A stretch of 64,000 nucleotides of DNA from Selaginella moellendorffii. Taxonomy: Eukaryota > Plantae > Lycopodiophyta. Positions 59,256 to 64,000 of this stretch are shown here, in pieces. Made by a program: the position numbers and the translations under genes. Under the pieces are notes generated by a model that worked only from the letters and a program-made list of their open reading frames with translations, was not told the DNA's origin and ran no database searches. The first letter of the stretch is position 1. Each line of letters opens with the position of its first letter. Location of the stretch: NCBI RefSeq assembly GCF_000143415.4, contig NW_003314273.1, forward strand, positions 2,047,249 through 2,111,248. Direction: 5' to 3'.

Positions 59256-62200
59256 GGAAGGGGTGTTATTAGGAATCCCCCAATTCTTGCCACATTTCTG
59301 ACTCTCACCAGATTCCTGATCTGCATACCACATTCTTGACTCTCGAGACACTTCCCTATTCCTGACTCTTGAGACACTTCCCTATTCCTAACTCTCTGAT
59401 TTCCTATACGATTCTTGAGTCTCGAGCCACATTTTTTATGATGATGTGGTGCCTCCTCGACCTCAACTATATTTAGGCCATCCTCGATCCAAGAGTGGTG
59501 GAGCTTCATCAACCTATAGTATATATAGGTTAGCTTTGTTCCATTTCTCCACAATTTGAATCAACACCAATCTAAGGCCTTTTCTTTGTTTCCACTAGCT
59601 TTTCTCTTTGTTTTTTGCATTTTCCAGTCTTGATCTTGTTGGGGGTCTTGACAGTAAATAACCATCATAATCTAAATGCTAAAAGTTCATATACTTTGTA
59701 ATCATCCCTTTAAAGGTCCAAACAAGCTATTCTACCAAACCATTTATTTGTGGATAATAAGCACTTCTGAAAGTGTGGTGTATCTCTAACTAAGATGTTA
59801 AAACTTGAAATGCCTCAACTATAAATGCAGGACTATTATCTGAAAGAATCCATTCCAAATAGAAATACTGGAAAACCAGTTGATTAAGGAGGAAGTATTC
59901 AACAGTAGTTGCAAATGCACTAGCAAGAGCACCAACTTCTACTCACGAGTCAAATAGTCAAAAGTAATAATAATATATTCATTACCAATAGTCGAATGTG
60001 GAAAAGGTACTAATTCAAATAGACAAGAAACTATAATTGACTTCAATTGTCCTTCCATAGCACAAAGGGGAGTATTACAAACTTGACACCAAACACATTT
60101 ACACATATATCAGATAATATTATATTACATTTGTAGCTAACGGATATATTTGCATAGCTTCTCAATCATACAACAATATCCTATATACCCATCTAGAATA
60201 CCAAATTGCATCATTGACTTAAATGGCTGAAGATGATACAATTATTGAAAAGCATCATCACAATCATTAATATGTTTAAATATGCACTTGAAAATATTTA
60301 GATGTTTTGATCTGCACAAGTGGCTACACTCAAATCATTGTACTATTGCAATGTTGTCCCTTAGAGACATATAGGAAATTCACACAAACACTAAACATCA
60401 TCCTATAAATTATATGTGGCAATTAGCATAAAGTGATTGAATTAATAATATATATCATCCCTAGGATTCCTACAAAAGAACTTTGGTTGGATGTGAGGAT
60501 TGGTAGTAAGAGCAAGAGGAACTCTACCATGCACTATAAATGCTGGCATCAACGGAGTTTGATCCTTTAATTGCAACTACATAGTATCAAACAATTGCAC
60601 TAACTACTACTCCATAGTCAAATGAGGAGGAAGTTGTTTCTTTGCTATGAAAATGAATGAAAAGGAAAAAACAAAAGAAAAAAAATTGAAAAAGATATAA
60701 AGAAAGTGAGATCTAGACAATGCAAAATTAAATATAACCAAAATTCTAAATCCAAACACTCCTTAGAGATAATTAAAGTTGCCTCTCACCTCTATTAATG
60801 TGAGTGTATAGAATATGGAAATGAAATACAAAAATATACATATTAATTAGCCTAAAAACCCTAATTTATATACAGGAGTGAGTGGTTTAGATTGAAACCA
60901 AATTGACAGGTATTAAAATCCCACTATGCTTATATTTGTATATAGTATTGTAACTATACATTTAGACCTCACAAGTCAAAATAGCTCTTAATTGACAATA
61001 TTAAATAAAGTATGATGGGTTTATCTTTAGAACCACTATAAATGGTGCTTTTGACTATATCACAATCTATATAACTTTGAAATATTTGGTGGATGAATAT
61101 TTATCATCTCTAAATTAAAAATTTATTTTGTTATACATTTTAATTGAAATTTAGTTTTGAATTTAGAAAAATATAAGTTATGGCAAACTTTTACTATTAA
61201 AAAATCTATTACTACATACTTTTTAAGATTAAAAAATGATGATAGTTTATATTATATTCACAAATAAATATAAATGAATAGTATATAAGATAATAAAAGT
61301 CAAATTATTTTTATTAATATTTCTTAGTTTGTAAAATAATTAAACTTTAAAAATATATATATCTCAAGATCACCAAATATTTAATTATGGGAAACTAACA
61401 TAAAATGCTAAGTCAAAATATTAAAGTAAAATAAAAATTTACTTATGAAGCCTTCATTATCTAAATTGTTATATTTTGGTACAAATCTAAAATTATCCAA
61501 TTGAATTTATGAGAAAAAGTGATTAAAAAGGATCTTTTGGAATTAAAAATTATATGTCCTAAAATGATTCTTGTGTGGAAAGTGATCAACTAACAATTTT
61601 GCAATATGTTTAAGCACAACACACTTATAAAAGAAATAAATAATTAAATAAAATTATTACAATCCATAATAATCATTATGACAATTATTGATGAAAAGGT
61701 TCCTCAAATGTTTGTGAAACTTGTGTTTGTCATTGTTAAATTGACAAGTCACATCATAAAGCTCTTTCAAATGCTAATTAGGCTAGGAATGATGAAAGTG
61801 CTACCTCATGCTCTTATTGTAAAGACCATTAATAAAATAGTACTTATTATAATCTGGACCCTTTATTAGAATATAGTTAATCAAGTGAGAAGCTTTTTAA
61901 TATAATCCTTGAGCATTATTTTCTCTTGTTGAAAATGTTAAAGCTCCTTTCCATGTCTTAGTGAGGGGCAAAATATAGATGAAAAACAACTTCAAACTCA
62001 TCCATAGTAAATACTGGTGGTTTTTTGTCTATAATATGAGACTTCTTAAGCCAATTCCAAATCTACATTATACAAAATAATTGAAATAACTACTAAAGCT
62101 TTAGTCATAGTGAGGGTGCATTAGCGAATATAGTAAATTATCATCTAGCAAGACTATACTCAATATTATGAGAGTTCCCAACATAAAGACCAATAACATT

Positions 62201-63499
62201 AACCATGTCAAGTATATTTAATTAAATGAAAACTTCTGATTTTTTTCTTTAGTGTTCTTCTGAACTACTTTCTCAACTAATTTGGGCAGAGACTAATAAA
62301 ATGTTTAACAATATTGATTTTTTGCCATTATAGTAGTAAAAGAAGAATATCCAAAAGGACTCACTAATAGTTAACTTTTTTGACATCTATAATCACATTC
62401 ACAACACATAATTGTGTAATAGATGAGCTTCACTTCCTAGAGGTTGATGTGCACCTTCTAACAATCTGATTGAAACATAGCTTAGGTCCAAGATCAATAT
62501 CAAATAGAGTTCACCTCCCAATATTATGATATCCTTAGTGATAGTTTTCCTAATCTTTGTTTTGAGCTGCTCAACTATGCCCATCACCCACTACAAGCGA
62601 GGAAGAAGCCCCTGCCTGCAAGAGGTGTAGGCATATTTCTGCAGGCCCATCCCAAATATCATAGATGAAGTCACCAATATGGAGAAGGGTGAAAACACCA
62701 CACCCAACACCACACCAAAGGTTGCTCTCCCACTTAGTTTTGAGCACCAACAACAAGTTTATGGATGGGGAGGAGATGGCAAAGAATTACACTTGGTTTT
62801 TCTAAGTCCAGATGAGCTAATAGCCTTAAATTTATCAGTCTAAGATAAACTTGGGTCTAATGAAAATTGAGAATGTATAATACCACAGCCAACCTTGCTT
62901 GCCCGCATTATTCCATTGTTCTCAAAGTTTGAATTTGTTTCTGAGTTATTACCTTTGGACTGATGCTCAAGTAGAGGATTTCAAGGAAGAATCTCAAGTG
63001 GTTAAGCGCTAGTGCTTGCTGTTCCCAGGTCCATAAACTCTGAGGGGAAAACCTCCGGAGGCACAGACACTCTAGCCAGAGCAAACCAATTCTCTTACAT
63101 GGAAATTGAGCTGGCGTTGTTCAAGTCATTAAGGTCTTGACAAATCAGACTATTGTCAAGAAGAATCTAACAAAGGCATTCCACTCTACTAAGAGGGACG
63201 ATCTAAACAAAAAGAGAGGCGTAGTATTTTCAAGTGATCAAACCTGGAAAGAAACAATGAATGGAAGCATAAGGGTTAAGCAAGGTTTAAGTGTGAGAAA
63301 GAATGCAATATTTTTCAAGTGAGCAACCCAGCTTGGAAGAAGAATTGATCTTTAAATTTTCTATGATCTTGGAGTTCCCACACACTCTAGCTTCCCCGAG
63401 TTTCTGCCTCCTCCATCTTCTGCTACACTAATACAGTACATAATATCCAAATTTTGGTCTCCCAAGAGAGGAAACGTTCTTACAGCGTTCTCCTCTACC

Positions 63500-64000
63500 A
63501 CCTTTCTATCCTCTTTTTTCCTGATCCTCCAGAGTCAGTTCACTACTCGACGCAGTTAGTTCCTGGTTCCATGATGACGAGGAAAATAATGAGCCGGAAT
63601 CTGTAAGATCGTCCTCTGAGCAAGAGCCGTGCAAGAAGATGATAATGCTGGAGTGGCTCCGCGGGTGGCTCCGGAGCTCCATTGAGCGGACGACACTCGC
63701 AGACGAGCTTGAACTTGCCGCATGTGCAAACGATGATCCTCTCGGAGGGTAGCCAGGGAGACAGAGCAGTAACTTGCGAAGGTGTAGCACAGATATCCTC
63801 CAGCCAGCTCTACTCGCATCGGAAGCTCCAAATCAGCGAGCTTGGAGCCGCTCCTGCAGCTAAGGCTCGACCATCTTTCAAAAACGACTGTGGCTAAGCA
63901 CAAAGAATAACCTCCTTCATGAAGTCGATGATCGACGTTGGCAAATGTTCCGCAGCATCCACCGACTTTTCTCCTCCGTGCTTTAGTGTAGACTTGCGGC
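63500..64000 (-). other. Possible 3' end of an unidentified gene running off the window
   Basis: GC content and CpG return to genic levels. There is an open frame ..DAAEHLPTSIIDFMKE and a plausible ~58-nt GT..GCAG intron, but no family was recognised. Confidence 0.3.

Larger units (their letters stand above)
49450..59653 (+). mobile_element. Ty3/Gypsy chromovirus (Tcn1-like), decayed and interrupted by a Copia
   Basis: 387-bp LTRs 49450-49836 and 59267-59653, TSD GTAAA, PPT gaggaaggggtgt. Order is gag (CLYCADPNHKAIVC), PR (ALLDLGA), RT (YLDDILIYS), RH ([12 protein letters not shown]), INT (HPQTDGQ), chromodomain. Confidence 0.97.
39286..60973 (-). mobile_element. Old non-autonomous short-LTR element (LTRs 39286-39443 and 60799-60973) that appears to host the nest
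   Basis: Two diverged direct repeats (..aatacagaaatatatatattaattaacctaaaaacc..gagtggtctagattgaaa..). The right copy has tgtgag..ctcaca ends, and a PPT-like ccaagaggaggggataa (minus strand) abuts the left copy. No TSD or PBS confirmed. Confidence 0.5.

Noticed and set aside
62580-63140. Exon-like fragments with a TM-like stretch on the minus strand
   Set aside because: Stops occur in all frames and no family could be recognised.

Overview
Eukaryotic plant DNA. Very short (~55-80 nt) introns, tightly packed genes, a PPR gene built largely from S-type repeats, a PPO with a secretory-type leader and a Tcn1-type chromovirus point to a lycophyte such as Selaginella (inference). A gene island at ~3.3-28.6 kb holds DUF2045/KIAA0930-like, proteasome beta1, a PPR pseudogene, polyphenol oxidase, a saposin fragment, PPR-E, tetraspanin, a PB1 protein, FSD3-like Fe-SOD, a PRL1-interacting-factor-A/HEXIM-like gene, beta-tubulin and an SPX-RING pseudogene, including three head-to-head pairs. 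A TRIM-like element with a modular ~105-bp satellite lies upstream of the PPO. The rest is AT-rich, transition-eroded transposon DNA: a decayed PIF/Harbinger and a nest at 39.3-61.0 kb. The nest contains an old short-LTR element (tentative), a solo LTR interrupted in antisense by a very young non-coding LARD-like member of its own family, and a self-priming chromovirus carrying a Copia with TG..GA ends and an Arg-rich upstream ORF. No CRISPR, rRNA or tRNA genes were seen. All alignments and counts were done by eye.
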